In this document: positions 1-12,169 of the stretch, piece by piece
Numbering within the stretch: position 1 is the stretch's first letter
Layout of the letters: each line of letters starts with the position of its first letter
Assembly (NCBI GenBank): GCA_964016885.1
Contig: OZ024756.1
Location: forward strand, 15,314,001-15,378,000
Origin: Eledone cirrhosa
Taxonomy: Eukaryota
DNA length: 64,000 nt
Direction: 5' to 3'
Notes under the pieces: generated by a model
What the model was told of the DNA's origin: nothing
The model's input: the letters and a program-made list of their open reading frames with translations, nothing else
Databases searched by the model: none
Made by a program: the position numbers and the translations under genes

Positions 1-125
1 GTCATTCTGAGTTCAAATCCCGCTGAGGTTAACTTTGCCTTTCATCCTTACGTGGTCGATAAAATAAAGTACCAGTAATGTACTGGAATAATTGCTGGCC
101 TTGTGCCAAAAGTAGAAACCATTAT
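1..125 (+). mobile_element. tRNA-derived SINE family A (partial)
   Basis: B-box GAGTTCAAATCC plus core TTTGCCTTTCATCCTTACGGGGTCGATAAAATAAAGTACCAG, resembling a Meta/MESC-type domain. Confidence 0.8.
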
Positions 126-748
126 TTATTCAAAGTAATGCAACTTATTTTACTAATGTGATAACAAAATTGTAAACCGTACGCAGTCCCGCGCTCTTTA
201 CTTTATTATAGTTTAGATATTGTGTGTATCTGGTTTAGAATAGAAACAAAGTATCCCTGCGTGTATAAGAGGACGCCTAAAAGGGTTAATGCCAGGAAGG
301 GCTTCTGGCTGTAAAACATCGCCTAAAAATGGTCACCCAGGACAAGTATGAAGTTGGTCATGAAACCTAGCAAGGCTAACACATTCTTTAACTGGGAATG
401 TGGCCTTGAAAAATACTTTGTTAGTGTCATCCGAGAAGTGAAACTGTTGTGATCTAGGTGTGCCAGATACATACACACCTCTCCACACACAACGATAGCT
501 ATCTTTGTGTTTTTAGCCCAGAGCCAGTTGCGATCGATAAAAAACGTTCCAGACATGACCAACTCGTCTTTTTGTACATCTGGGACTATGTTGTCTCCTT
601 GTGTCCATCTCCGTGTGGGATTTTGGGGAGATTTGGATCCTATTTCTAGAACTAGATGCTCACTGTAGCTGAAATGTAGATGCTACAAAAGTAGGAATTT
701 CGAATATACAATGGGGAAAAAGATTCACCCTTCCCTAAAATAATCCTG

Positions 749-789
<41 letters not shown>

Positions 790-1157
790 CATACATACAT
801 ACATACACATTGGTGTATATATATATATCATCCCTATATATATATATATAGCAATCCACGACACCATTGACAACGCAATCATAGACCTTTAACTAAATTA
901 CGTTCTAATTAACTAAACATATAGACAGCCATAAGATAGCACACATATACATTATACGAAAGCACATGAAATGTGTTGAGAGAGGTGGATTAAATGAAAA
1001 CATTTCTGCAGAGGCAGGCATGTACGCAGTCACATTACAATCTTAAGTTCCGTATTTTTGTTGTTAGTGTTTTAGAAGATGAAAACGAAACAAACAAAAA
1101 AAAATGTATCCCTAACTAGTCTTAGCTGAATTTTCTACTAAACATGACACACGTGAT

Positions 1158-1215
<58 letters not shown>

Positions 1216-1396
1216 GAAAAGATTCAGCAGTCCTGAACCTTTTCATATTACCAAAACTCTATTACCCCAAGTATCGAGTACACTGGTCGGTTATTGCCCT
1301 CCTGGATGTTTTACCACACCCTATCTGATATAGTAGAGTTGGTAATATGAAAAGATTCAGAACTCCTGAATCTTTTCATGCGTGTGTATATATATA

Positions 1397-1582
1397 TAGG
1401 AAAAGGTATGACCCGACGGCAGAACTCAAGCCGTTTCGACGGCTATTTCTGGACTAGCCGTCGAAACGGCTTGAGCTCTGCCGTCGGGGTCATACCTTTT
1501 CCTATTACCCACTCTACTACCCTAAGTATTGAGTACTCTGGTGGGTTATGGTCCATCTGGTTCCTTACCACAATTCCTTCGT
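1397..1582 (+). mobile_element. Fold-back pLTR, family H8 (half-hammerhead palindrome)
   Basis: Palindrome 1397-1505 containing GAAAC-GGC..GCC-GUC, then tail; related copies at 55333-55489 (+) and about 30096-30145 (-); related tail at 1216-1378. Confidence 0.7.
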
Positions 1583-4500
1583 TATATAGATATATATATA
1601 TATATATATATAGCTTCCACACAATTCACCTTGAAGATTCATAAGCCGTACTTATAAATATATATTGTATTTCTTATAGATATATATAAAGGTATTTCTC
1701 CCGCCCCCGTTGTTTTATAATAATAATGAAATTATTGTGTAAAGTGCTCAGGTACACTACATAACAGTGTAAGATATAAACAAATATATTCCATATTCTT
1801 ATTGTCTGTTTCCCTTCCGTCTCACTATGACTTGTGCAGTCCAAATCTGATTCAGTGATCTAAGTTTACATTTTGCGTCAGATACTGCATGCGGTGTTTA
1901 CAAGGTGAAGGATGCCTTTAAAACCCCCATTACATTACAAATGCTTCTCAGACTCAGAGAATATCAAACATTGGGTCATGCATGGCACCTGCCGCAAAGG
2001 AATAGGGAAATAAACCCTGCAACGGAAAAGAACACTTGTCATGTGAAAGTATTTTGTAAAGTCTGGCACAACAGATGCTGTGTTAATTCTCAGAAACGAA
2101 GAACCCAGCCCCACCCTCAAACAAAGGAGGAAGAGAAACACCCGTCGTTACTCAAACTATATCAATAACTGTATGTGATGGTTAATGAAAACAACATTTC
2201 CTCAACCAAGAATGGCCAAACTTGATAGTCCATTACACACAAACACGGCTCCCTACAATGCCACACACACATATATATATATATATAATCTTGTAACCGA
2301 GAAGCTATAGCAGTGATTCGGGGATTCAGGAATTTTGTGTTTTAAGGACACTCCCCAAACAAGGTTGGAAGGGTACCCTTAAGCAGCCTTCAAACGAAAC
2401 TCCTGGCTCTCAAGTCAGTGATATAGCTTCGTAGATATAATAAATAAAATATGTAGTGAGCTTTATTTATGCCGTTTGCACAACCAAGCCTCGCTCTCTC
2501 TGTCTGTGTGTGTATATATATATATACATTATATATGCATGTATGTGTATATATATAAACTACGTATACTCACTGTCCACCTGTCCGCCTGTCTCTCGTA
2601 CTCCGTCCTTCGTTGACGAAGGCATAATGATGCCTTCTTAAGTTATTCTCCTTTCACTTGAACAGTTTCTTTCTGTTTTTTCTCCTTATTTTTTTGCCAG
2701 CGAAGACTTGTCCAGGTCTCCCCTCCGTATTTGTTGCCGTTGCTGCGATATTTCTAGCTTAGTTGCCAACGTGAAATTCTCTTAGTACCTTGACTTGGAG
2801 GTGGACCATACACAAACAACAACAATACTACTACTGTTGCTGCTATTACTACTATCACTATTAATAGCCACCAACGACACCACCACTCTACCACTACTAC
2901 TATTATAACCAATAGACAAACATCAATACCACCACTATTATTACTACTACTACTAACAGTCATATGACAAGTGGAAATGACTGACTCCCCCACATCTCGA
3001 CAGGGGGCGTTGCTGGTCGACTGTGTCAGGTGCCCTTAAGCTGCACATCTCTCAATAAAACTGCAGCAACAAATCCGAGCATTGCTCCCCAATATATTTG
3101 CCAACTTCGACTTTTCTTCGTGAGTATACTCACTTTCTGCTGGGGGTTTTTTTTTATTTTTTTTTAGCTTAAATAACGGGAATTTGAAATCTGGGTGTAT
3201 TAAAAAGAAAGTGTATAAATTCTTGCTATTCTGCAAATTCACACAGGAATTTTAGTGTTTTTAATCATGTATTTTCTTTACGAATATGTTGAAGAAACCA
3301 CAAACTTGAGATAAAATATATGAGTTTCAGCACAAAGAGTGGAGGTATGGACCAGATGTTTGATAGTAACTATTTTGATGTGTCACCGTTCAATGTTTAA
3401 ATCCACCTTGCTGCGGTCTTTTTGTTTTCTTTCTTTCAGTCCCAGTAATATCCTAGGTACAATCCATCTATTACACCTTTCCTTATATTTACAAAAACGT
3501 GCATTACAACTGAATTGGCTGTCAGAAGTGAAAGTAGAAGAATGTTACGTCAATCTGACGTCATTCGTCAAACTTATTTCCGTATCACCACGCGTTTATT
3601 TACGTTAGCGTAGTAATCGATGAAAATATTTATTTCGCTCTATATATTTATATATTTCAATAATGTTTCAAAAGCATGGATACAGTAAAGTGAGTACATT
3701 TGAAAATAAATCGATTACGCTAAACATACATTGGTTTTTCACTTTGGGATAATACACGTATTTGCAACTTGCTTACACGTTAATTACAATTGTAACAGCT
3801 AGTGTAGTTTTTAATGCACATGTTAAATAAGATTGTATATTATCGTTGTTGAATTTATTTTCTTAATCCTGTATGTTATTAAAAGGTTCCCGAATAGTAC
3901 AGTAAATTAAAGCATTTACGAACGGAACTATGCAATGAAAGTATTTTTAATAAGTGTATCTCATCGTAATTCATAAATGGCTGTGTAAACCCTTACACTT
4001 TAAAACAAAATTACAAACCAGTTATGTGGTCATTTAAGTTGCTAGAAATAGCAGGCAAATCTTATACCCTCTACCACATTAAAAAAAGAAAGAATGAAAA
4101 CGGGAGTAACTCGTTAATATTTAATGAAATATTCGAAGCGTTTCTGCTTCGGACGTGATAAAAAGGAAATTATATAGAGATTTTTAAATATTTCGAAAGC
4201 ACAAGCAATCGTCAAGGACTTTATATACTAATTCCTTTCTTTCTGTGTTCGTGGCAGCTGAGTATCAACCATCCATAAATAATTTTTACCCGCTAAGAAT
4301 CTCAATGGGGAAAACTTTTTTAAATTTCTGGCAGTATTACAAAACAAGGTTATCTTGTAGTTACCCGCGTTAAATTGTTTTGTTTTTTTAAGATAGTCGG
4401 TAGTGTCGGCCCCATGAACTTCATTTGTTTTCTAATTTGATAACTATGACTATGAAATAAAACACGTGGTGATACGGAAACAAATCGATTATGCTAAACG

Positions 4501-4646
4501 TAAATAAACAAATAAACGCGTGGTGATACGGAAATAAACGAAGGTTGACGACGTTACTTTCTTCTACTTTCACTTCTGACAGCCAATTCCGTTGTAGTGC
4601 CCTGTATTGTTCTCCAGTGTTGTTTTTCCATATCATCATATATATA

Positions 4647-5463
4647 CTAGCAGAGGAACCCAACGTTGCTCGGGTTTTAAATAGCAGTCATGTATAACAT
4701 TCATGTCAATACTTCAGTGCTGCTTGATAACTATACTTGTACAAAATCATCAGCTTTTTCCAAAACGGGGTTCCTGCCCCCAGGAGTCCCCTACTCAATA
4801 TGTGCCAATTCTGAGTGTTCAAATTCATCTGCAGAACATACGTAGCCCATGTCTCAAGTTTGGTGAAAATCGGTTGTGAACTCCAGAAGTTATGACTGCA
4901 GTGCTTCAGTTGACTCCAAGGAAGCGGTTAAAGGGGGTTATCTGCCCCCGGAAGAGGGGGGGGGGGGGGGGGGGGGGGCTATAATCAATATCTGGAAAAA
5001 TGAAAGTACTCATGACCATCCAGAGTACATAAGTAACCTATGTCTTAAATACAACGCTGCTCGTAGTTTTCTAACGCTCTTGCAGTAGCTTTACATTCAG
5101 CATCTTGCCATTGTCTAATTGCAGCCTCCATTGATAATTCATTTGCTTTTCTTCTTTTCCCTCTCTCAGCTTTCACCGTTTTTCAACCAATGGCAGATCT
5201 CTTCCTTGGAGGCATTATCTAAGATGAGTAAAATGTTAACCAACAATTATTTAAGTTTCTCGCATGTGACGCGATTGTTACGGTGATCCAGACAGCCTTC
5301 GTCCACCTAGGGGCTGCATTAGACAAAAACTTTATGAGTCCCCAACACTTCTGGGAACATAACGCAAGTTTGTTCCAAATTTGAAGAAAATCAGTTGCAA
5401 ACTGTAGAAGTTATGTGGGTATGGGTACGGACATACACACACATCCTCAGTTTTATATATAGA
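4647..5463 (-). mobile_element. Non-autonomous Helitron
   Basis: On the - strand: 5' TCTATATATAAAACTGAG ... hairpin CCCGAGCAACGTTGGG ... CTAG 3', between A and T; a second 5'-like end at about 6088. Confidence 0.65.
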
Positions 5464-6303
5464 TGCGTGTTTGTGTATGTATGTGTGTGTATGTGCGTGC
5501 GGATAATGTAACTTCTCAGGACACAGTACATCTTGTGTGAAAGAGAGAAAAAGACGTACTGTTGAGGAAAGGGGAGAGTTAAACTGTAAAGAATGAATAA
5601 ATAAAAGTTATCGAATGCTGCTATCCTTTTCTCCCCAATCCCCCTCACTCTTTCTTTCTTTCTCAACTCCTCTGTCTTTTTCCTCATACCCTCTCTCTCT
5701 CTCTCTCTCTCTCATACCCTCTCTCTCTTTTTCTACAGAATGGAGAACAATCAAGAATGCACATTGTCGTCTGCTTTGTTTGAAATTTCTTTATGTATAT
5801 TTCTAATAAGTTGTTGCCTCGTCTTGGAGGACTGAGTTGTGGTAGGATGGAGGGTTTAACATAGTAGTAGTAGTCTCTCCTCTTGCCCTCTCTCACTGAA
5901 ACGTCTTCTCTTTCCTCCTCCATAGTAAAGATGTCTCCGGGGTTCCATTATTGATTTTTATTGAAATCCAATTAGCCAGTCCTGTTTCTGAATATTAGCT
6001 TAACGTGTGTAAAGTTTCATCAGGATCGGATTACTGGTGTAGGCACCAACTGGTCATACACAGACAGAAATTGCCATTTATATAGTAGATTATATATATA
6101 TATATATATATCATCATCATTTTACGTCTGCTTTTCCCTACTTGCAAGGGTTGGACGGCTCCTATTCAGCACAGCATCTCTCCACAGGTCACGGTCCTTC
6201 GTCATCTCCTCGGTGAGTTTCAGCGATCTGAGGTCTGCTCTCACCACCCCCACCAATGTTTTTCGTGGTCTACCTCTACTGCGTCTTCCTTCTACATACA
6301 CAC

Positions 6304-6686
6304 ATCATCATCATCATCATTTTACGTCCACTTTTCCCTGCTTGCAAGGGTGGGACGGGAACTGATTCTGGCTTGATTTCTACAGCTGGATGCCCTTCCT
6401 AACATCAACCTCATTTACAGTGAGTGCTGGGTGCTTTTTTTTTTTACGTGGCGCCTACACGTCCACTTTACAGTATGGGCTGGGTGCTTTTTTGCCGTGG
6501 CACCTCCACGACCACTTTGCAGTGGAATGATAGGGACCCCAGTCCCTATCATCTCATTTCTACAGCTGAGTAAACTGGAGTAATGTGAAATAAAGTGTCT
6601 TGCTCAAGGAAACAACACATCACCCGGTCTGAGAATTGAACTCACAATCTTTCAATTGCAAGGCCAATGCTCTAACCTCTAAGCCT
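6304..6686 (-). mobile_element. tRNA-derived SINE family B with (GAT)n tail
   Basis: Reverse complement of 8553-8932; CCTTGAGCAAGACACTT core and AGGAAGGGCATCCAGC block. Confidence 0.85.
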
Positions 6687-7116
6687 TATAAGAAAAAATA
6701 AATGGAGGAGAAGGCAATACATTCAAAAACAAAAATTACTCATTAGACTGTGTTTCATTTAAGGCCTAATATCTATATAGCAGTTCTATATATATATGTG
6801 TGCATATATATTATTATAAAGAATATTTTCTTAGAATTTTCAGAGAAGAAACATTATTGAGGCATACATCACTGTTTAACGTCCATTTTTCCACCCTGGC
6901 ATGGGTTAGACAAGTTGTCTCGTGAGACAAGCCAGGTCGGATGACCATGTCTTGCTCATACAGAACTAATTTTGGCTTGGTTTCTACGACTGGATGCTCT
7001 TCCTAATGCCAACCACATTTACACGACCACTTTACAGTGTGGGGGAGGTCTGTGGGGATTGTGTTTTAATATATTTTAATTTTTAAATTTCATCTTTTTC
7101 AGACAAGACTGCAAAC

Positions 7117-7205
7117 ATGAACTCTAATGAAGATGAAAGAATCGTTAATGTTAAAAAAATTATGAATATTTTTCCAGATTTTCCCAAAAAAGGGATTCAA
7201 TTTTG
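7117..7205 (+). CDS. APRT: APRT coding exon 1 (MNSNEDERIVNVKKIMNIFPDFPKKGIQF)
   Basis: FPDFPKKGI is the APRT N-terminal motif. A polypyrimidine/AG acceptor at 7101-7102 precedes the ATG at 7117, implying an unlocated upstream non-coding exon. GT donor at 7206, phase 2. Confidence 0.9.
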
Positions 7206-7671
7206 GTACATACTTTCTTTTACCCTTTCACTACCATATTTCTAATGAAACATCACTCTCTATGGTTTTTAAATTATTTTGAAAATAATAAAGAACAGGA
7301 CACAATGTCATACTCCATCCTTGACAACTACCTCAGACAATAGAACAATGAATGGCAAATAGAATTCAATTCATATTATCTTATTGTTTGTGTAAAGGAA
7401 CAATGCATAAGTGGAATGTGGGGAGGGGAGGTACTTGTAGATGTGATGGTAGTGATGGTGGTGGTAGTGGGGTGGGGTAATATGGTTTGTGGTGGTGATG
7501 ATAATGGTAATGATGATGGTGGTGATTGTTGTGAAGAGGCACCCACTATGTCTGCTCAACTATGAACTTTTGCACAAATACACACATACATACATATACA
7601 TACATACATAAACATACACTTCACTACTTAACTCTTTACATCCTATACTACATGAAACCACATTACATGAC

Positions 7672-7860
7672 ATCGGTGGATTGACAGTATCAGTAGAGGG
7701 TCGGACGCCATGCTTTCAAGCATAGTTACGTCCCTTTACGATCTGAGTTCAAATCCCGCCGAGGTTGACTTTGCCTTTCATCCTTACGGGGTCGATAAAA
7801 TAAAGTACCAGTAATGCACTGGGTAATTGCTGGCCTTGTGCCTAAAGTAGAAACTATTAT
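7672..7860 (+). mobile_element. SINE family A
   Basis: A/B boxes plus core. Confidence 0.85.
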
Positions 7861-8040
7861 TACAAGGTATGAAACAGCACTATGGCTGCACCACATTAAA
7901 AATGAAAGCCTTTTCACAACAATCTGTCCACTAGTAAAGATGTTTATAAACATTTGAATTAACAAACCTGTTTTTAGATATTTTCTGTTAAATGATTACA
8001 GAATGTTAAGAATTCAACCCTTCTTCTCTCTGTTTTAAAG

Positions 8041-8278
8041 TGATATTCTACCAGTCCTACAAAACCCTTCAATCTTCAAAGGTCTCATCTCCAAGATGGT
8101 CGAGGTAATTAAAGAACATGCTCCTGATGTTGAAATAATTGTTGGACTTGAAGCCAGAGGTTTCCTCTTTGGACCCCAAATTGCCATTGAACTAAACGTT
8201 GGGTTTGTCCCCATCCGTAAGAAAGGAAAGTTACCTGGGCCAACGCAAGTAGTTGATTACAAACTTGAATATGGCGAG
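8041..8278 (+). CDS. APRT: APRT coding exon 2 (DILPVLQNP...GLEARGFLFGP...RKKGKLPG...LEYGE)
   Basis: LEARGF, RKKGKLP and LEYG motifs; AG at 8039-8040 and GT at 8279; frame joins exon 1 (TG|T). Confidence 0.96.
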
Positions 8279-8329
8279 GTAAACATTTGTCTCCTACTTT
8301 TTTTTTCTTCTATTATCTGTGTATTGTTA

Positions 8330-8500
8330 GGGTGATGGATCGGCAGTATTGCGAGAGCATCGGACACCATGCTTCGTGACATAGAGTTACATCCTTTTAC
8401 GTTCTGAGTTCGAATCCCGCTGAAGTTATCTTTGCCTTTCATCTTTACGAGGTCGATAAAATAAAGTACCAATAATGCAAAATTGTTGACCTTGTGCCAT
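8330..8500 (+). mobile_element. SINE family A (diverged)
   Basis: A/B boxes plus core. Confidence 0.75.
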
Positions 8501-8552
8501 TATGTGCATTGTGCATTTTTACTTGCGTACACACATTGGTACGAACATACAT

Positions 8553-8932
8553 GGCTTAGTGGTGAGAGCATTGGCCTTGCAATCGAAAGGTTGTGAGTTC
8601 AATTCTCAGACCGGGTGATGTGTTGTTTCCTTGAGCAAGACACTTTATTTCACATTGCTCCAGTTTACTCAGCTGTAGAAATGAGATGATAGGGACTGGG
8701 GTCCCTATCATTCCACTGCAAAGTGGTCGTGGAGGTGCCACGGCAAAAAAGCACCCAGCCCACACTGTAAAGTGGACATGTAGGTGCCATGGCAAAAGCA
8801 CCCAGCACTCACTGTAAATGAGGTTGGTGTTAGGAAGGGCATCCAGCTGTAGAAATCAAGCCAGAATCAGTTCCCGTCCCACCCTTGCAAGCAGAGAAAA
8901 GCGGACGTAAAATGATGATGATGATGATGATG
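8553..8932 (+). mobile_element. SINE family B
   Basis: TGGCTTAGTGG A-box, GAGTTCAATTC B-box, core, GAT tail; further fragments to about 9500. Confidence 0.85.
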
Positions 8933-10188
8933 ATACATGCACCATCACATGCACACATAGGTGCACAGACATGCATAGGTAAAGACCCCCTTTGATCACG
9001 AATGACCATGGGATTTGCACCTTAGAAAGTTCCCCTCTAAGGCACAAGTCTGGACAAGGTTGTTTGTTGAAGACCAGCAGCCTCCGCTCTCCATGCCATC
9101 GATGTTATTCAAGGGAAAGGCAATGACTGATACAGATTAGCACCAGTGATGTAACACATTTCTACAGCTGAAAAAACTGGAGCAATGTGAAATAGTCTTG
9201 CTCAAGAACACAACGCATCACCTGGTCTGAGAATTGAACATCTGATTGAACGTGGAGGTGCCACAGAAAAAAAAAAGCACCCAGCACTCACTGTAAATGA
9301 GGTTGGGTGTTAGGAAGGGCATCCAGCTGTAGAAATCAAGCCAGAATCAGTTCCCGTATGAGCAAGGCATGGTCAGCCGACCGGACACTGCCCACAACAG
9401 GACAACCCATCTAACCCATGCTAGCATGGAAGAACGGACGTAAAACGGTGATGATGATGATGATGATTGCAAGACCAATGTTCTAACCATTAAACCATGT
9501 GCCTTTATAACAGACATACAGACATATAATCATCCAGCCATGCGTGTTACATCCAGTAAATCGTTTCTGTTGATGTAATTAATGTGTAGTATGGTGTTAA
9601 AATGTGCTCACCTGGCAATCGTGCTTTTATTCCAAGCAGGTAGTTTTGTCCTCGTGGTGTCCCCAGCCCCAGCATGGCCTCAGCATGTGGGCTGGAACAC
9701 ATATTAGAGTAATTAATATAGTCTATATATGTGGTTAGAGTAGACTCTCTCACCCTCTCTCTATATCTCATATGTGGTTATGTCCAGTAAAATATGTTTT
9801 GTATTTCTACTAAAGGCATTGTCCGAGATACAAACCTCTATCAGTATAGTACATATATATATATCATCATCATCGATTAACGTCCATCTTCCACGCTGGC
9901 AGGGGTTAGACGGGTCCTATTTTCAGGCAAGTTGAGTTGGGTGACTGTCTCACTCAAATCGGGGTGTTTCTGGCTGGTTTTCTACAGCTGGATGCCCTTC
10001 CTAACGCCAGCCATCCACACACATTTACATATATATATATATGTGTGTAAATATATATATAGGTAGAGAAAGCTCTCCCTCTCTCTTTATAGTTTTTATA
10101 TATATATGTTGCTAGAGTAAGCTCTCTCTTGTTCTCTCTCTCTCTGCTGTATTGTTAACTCAGTAAAATATCTATGTTTCTACTAAAG

Positions 10189-10267
10189 GCATCATTTGAG
10201 ATACAAGCCTCAGCTCTCAAGGAAAACCAGAAAGTTGTTATCATTGATGACCTGTGCGCCACTGGAG
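10189..10267 (+). CDS. APRT: APRT coding exon 3 (ASFEIQASALKENQKVVIIDDLCATG)
   Basis: PRPP-binding motif VVIIDDLxATGG; 79-nt exon with AG/GT boundaries. Confidence 0.95.
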
Positions 10268-10365
10268 GTAACTGTTTTATTTATTTTGTTAGCTTATTTG
10301 CTTCTATTGTTATTGTATATGTATTTATAGAGCTACTCATATATATATATATATATTGTATATGT

Positions 10366-10589
10366 ACAGGCATTGCTTTATATCTGGAGATCTCTCTGCA
10401 CTTGTCATCACATGGTACCAAGGGCCCAGCACTATGTGTCAATAATTGTCACAGGTGTAGTGTTTGTACCAGAGTTTTCAAGTCGCTGGCTGGACTAAAA
10501 AGTCACACTCGTTCAGTGCATCGGTTAGGGGTTATCCTACATGGATATAAAGTAGTGGCCGTACTCGAAAACGAGTTGGCAGCCACCAT
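10366..10589 (+). mobile_element. 3' fragment of the ~600-bp element in an APRT intron
   Basis: Similarity to 60640-60863. Confidence 0.7.
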
Positions 10590-10698
10590 ATATATATATA
10601 TATGCATACACACGGCTCTGTAGCATACTTATTTTACATTGAGCTATTTTCATACTTGTAATTAGGTAATATTTATTATTACCTACATTATATATATA

Positions 10699-10767
<69 letters not shown>

Positions 10768-10771
<4 letters not shown>

Positions 10772-11213
10772 AGAAGGTGAGTAATATTGTAGAACAATAA
10801 AACTATGCATATATCAGATAGGAGCACTCAACAGTTGGTAGAATGGAGTATATATAATAAAGAAGAAATTAAAAGATGGTTAAAAGAGTTCCATATATTT
10901 TATTATGCGCATTTCGAATACAAAATCATCCTGGGACAAAAATTGTGTTCTCATCAGATAACATAAGGTAACATGATATGAGGTATAATAGCACTTGTTT
11001 ACAGGAAAGTGCTAAGTCTACATATGGATATATTAGCTAAAATTCTGATATGTAGACTTAACACATTCCTGTAAACAAGTGCTATTATGCCTCATATCAT
11101 GTTACCTTATTTTATCTGATGAGAACACAATTTTTGTCCCAAGATGATTTTGAATTCGAAATGCGCATAATAAAATATATGGAACTATTTTAACCATCTT
11201 TTAATTTCTTCTT
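10768..11213 (-). mobile_element. Fold-back Penelope-like pLTR, family H1 (arms about 10860-11024 and 11048-11213)
   Basis: About 165-bp inverted arms, each with an HHR, plus a single-copy 3' tail; related to 19922-20343, 24457-24854, 53179-53334 and 61130-61265. Confidence 0.8.
11108..11177 (+). ncRNA. Hammerhead ribozyme (H1), sense strand in APRT intron
   Basis: UAUUUUAU-CUGAUGA-GAA..UUC-GAAA-UGCGCA-UA-AUAAAAUA; perfect 8-bp stem I, palindromic stem III, AUA triplet; mirror copy on - strand at 10896-10965. Confidence 0.8.
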
Positions 11214-11264
11214 TGTATATATATACATATATAGAAGTGGTTACACAACAGTTAGTTCACCATA

Positions 11265-11304
11265 CCGAGAACAATTGTTTCACCTTAGTGGATCTTCAGC
11301 TCGG
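11265..11304 (-). ncRNA. Minimal type I hammerhead ribozyme
   Basis: CCGAG-CUGAAGA-UCCACUAAGGU-GAAAC-AAUU-GUU-CUCGG; 5-bp stem I and palindromic stem III. The + copy at 12039-12075 lacks 3 core nt. Confidence 0.75.
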
Positions 11305-11454
11305 AATGGGCATGGTTATAGGAACAGGAGGGACAACCGTACGAATGCGCATGAGCAGAAACTCGGTCACTTCACACAGGCAATACTAGACTGCGTGCGA
11401 GAGAGGTGTAAGGGAGATAACTGCGAAAGTCCGAAAAGTTTTTAGGTTGAAAGC

Positions 11455-11880
11455 TTGCCCCTTCAACAGCAATGCAACACACAAGCTGTAATCTATGAAG
11501 CTGTGGTCACTTCCAACCGACCAAACGAACCACAGGAGGTCAAATCCTATGTGGGCATGGTGGAGGGCTGATTCAAGGAACGTTTCCTGAACCACCAGTC
11601 TACCTTCAGATACCTGGACAGACGTTCATCCACGAGACTCGCGAGCCACGTATGGTTCCTCAAGGACTCAAGTATAGACTACTCCATTCAATGGAAAGCC
11701 ACCACTAAGTCCAAGCCATATGCAAGAGGAAATCCGACGTGTGGCTTATGTATTGACGAACGAATAACTATTCTAAAGAGATTACGCAATAGTGATTGCC
11801 TAAATACGAGAAGTGAATTTTTCACACGTTGTCCACATGTCGCCAAACACCTATTGCATAACTACAAGGCTCCAGACTGA
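11455..11880 (+). pseudogene. Penelope-like GIY-YIG endonuclease C-terminal domain (one in-frame stop)
   Basis: Manual translation: LPLQQQCNTQAVIYEAVV...KSYVGMVEG*FKERFLNHQSTF...TRLASHVWFLK...IQW...CGLCIDER...LNTRSEFFTRCPH...KAPD*; matches the VIY/YVG/R/CxxC/LNxR/CxH pattern. Confidence 0.88.
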
Positions 11881-12169
11881 TTCTTTGTAATTTTATTTTC
11901 AACCTAAAAACTTTTCGGACTTTCGCAGTTATCTCCCTTACACCTCTCTCGCACGCAGTCTAGTATTGCCTGTGTGAAGTGACCGAGTTTCTGCGCATTC
12001 GTACGGTTGTCCTTCCTGTTCCTATAACCATGCCCGTTCCGAGCTGATCCACTAAGGTGAAACAATTGTTCTCGGTATGGTGAACTAACTGTTGTGTAAC
12101 CACTTCTACCTAACTCGTCCCTTGGACTGAGTGCTCTACCACTACGGATATTATCTTCCAGTGTTCCAC

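Noticed and set aside
2605-2640. TTGACGA-AGGCAT-aatg-ATGCCT hairpin as a hammerhead
   Set aside because: Stem II is good but GAAA and stem III are missing
7672-7760. tRNA genes at A/B-box sites
   Set aside because: No cloverleaf; these are SINE heads continuing into core and tail
10174-10623. 149-aa ORF as a standalone zinc-finger gene
   Set aside because: APRT exon 3 read through its donor into a transposon fragment
11569-11571. In-frame TGA in GIY-YIG as selenocysteine
   Set aside because: The position is not a Cys site in the motif and no SECIS was identified; ordinary decay is simpler
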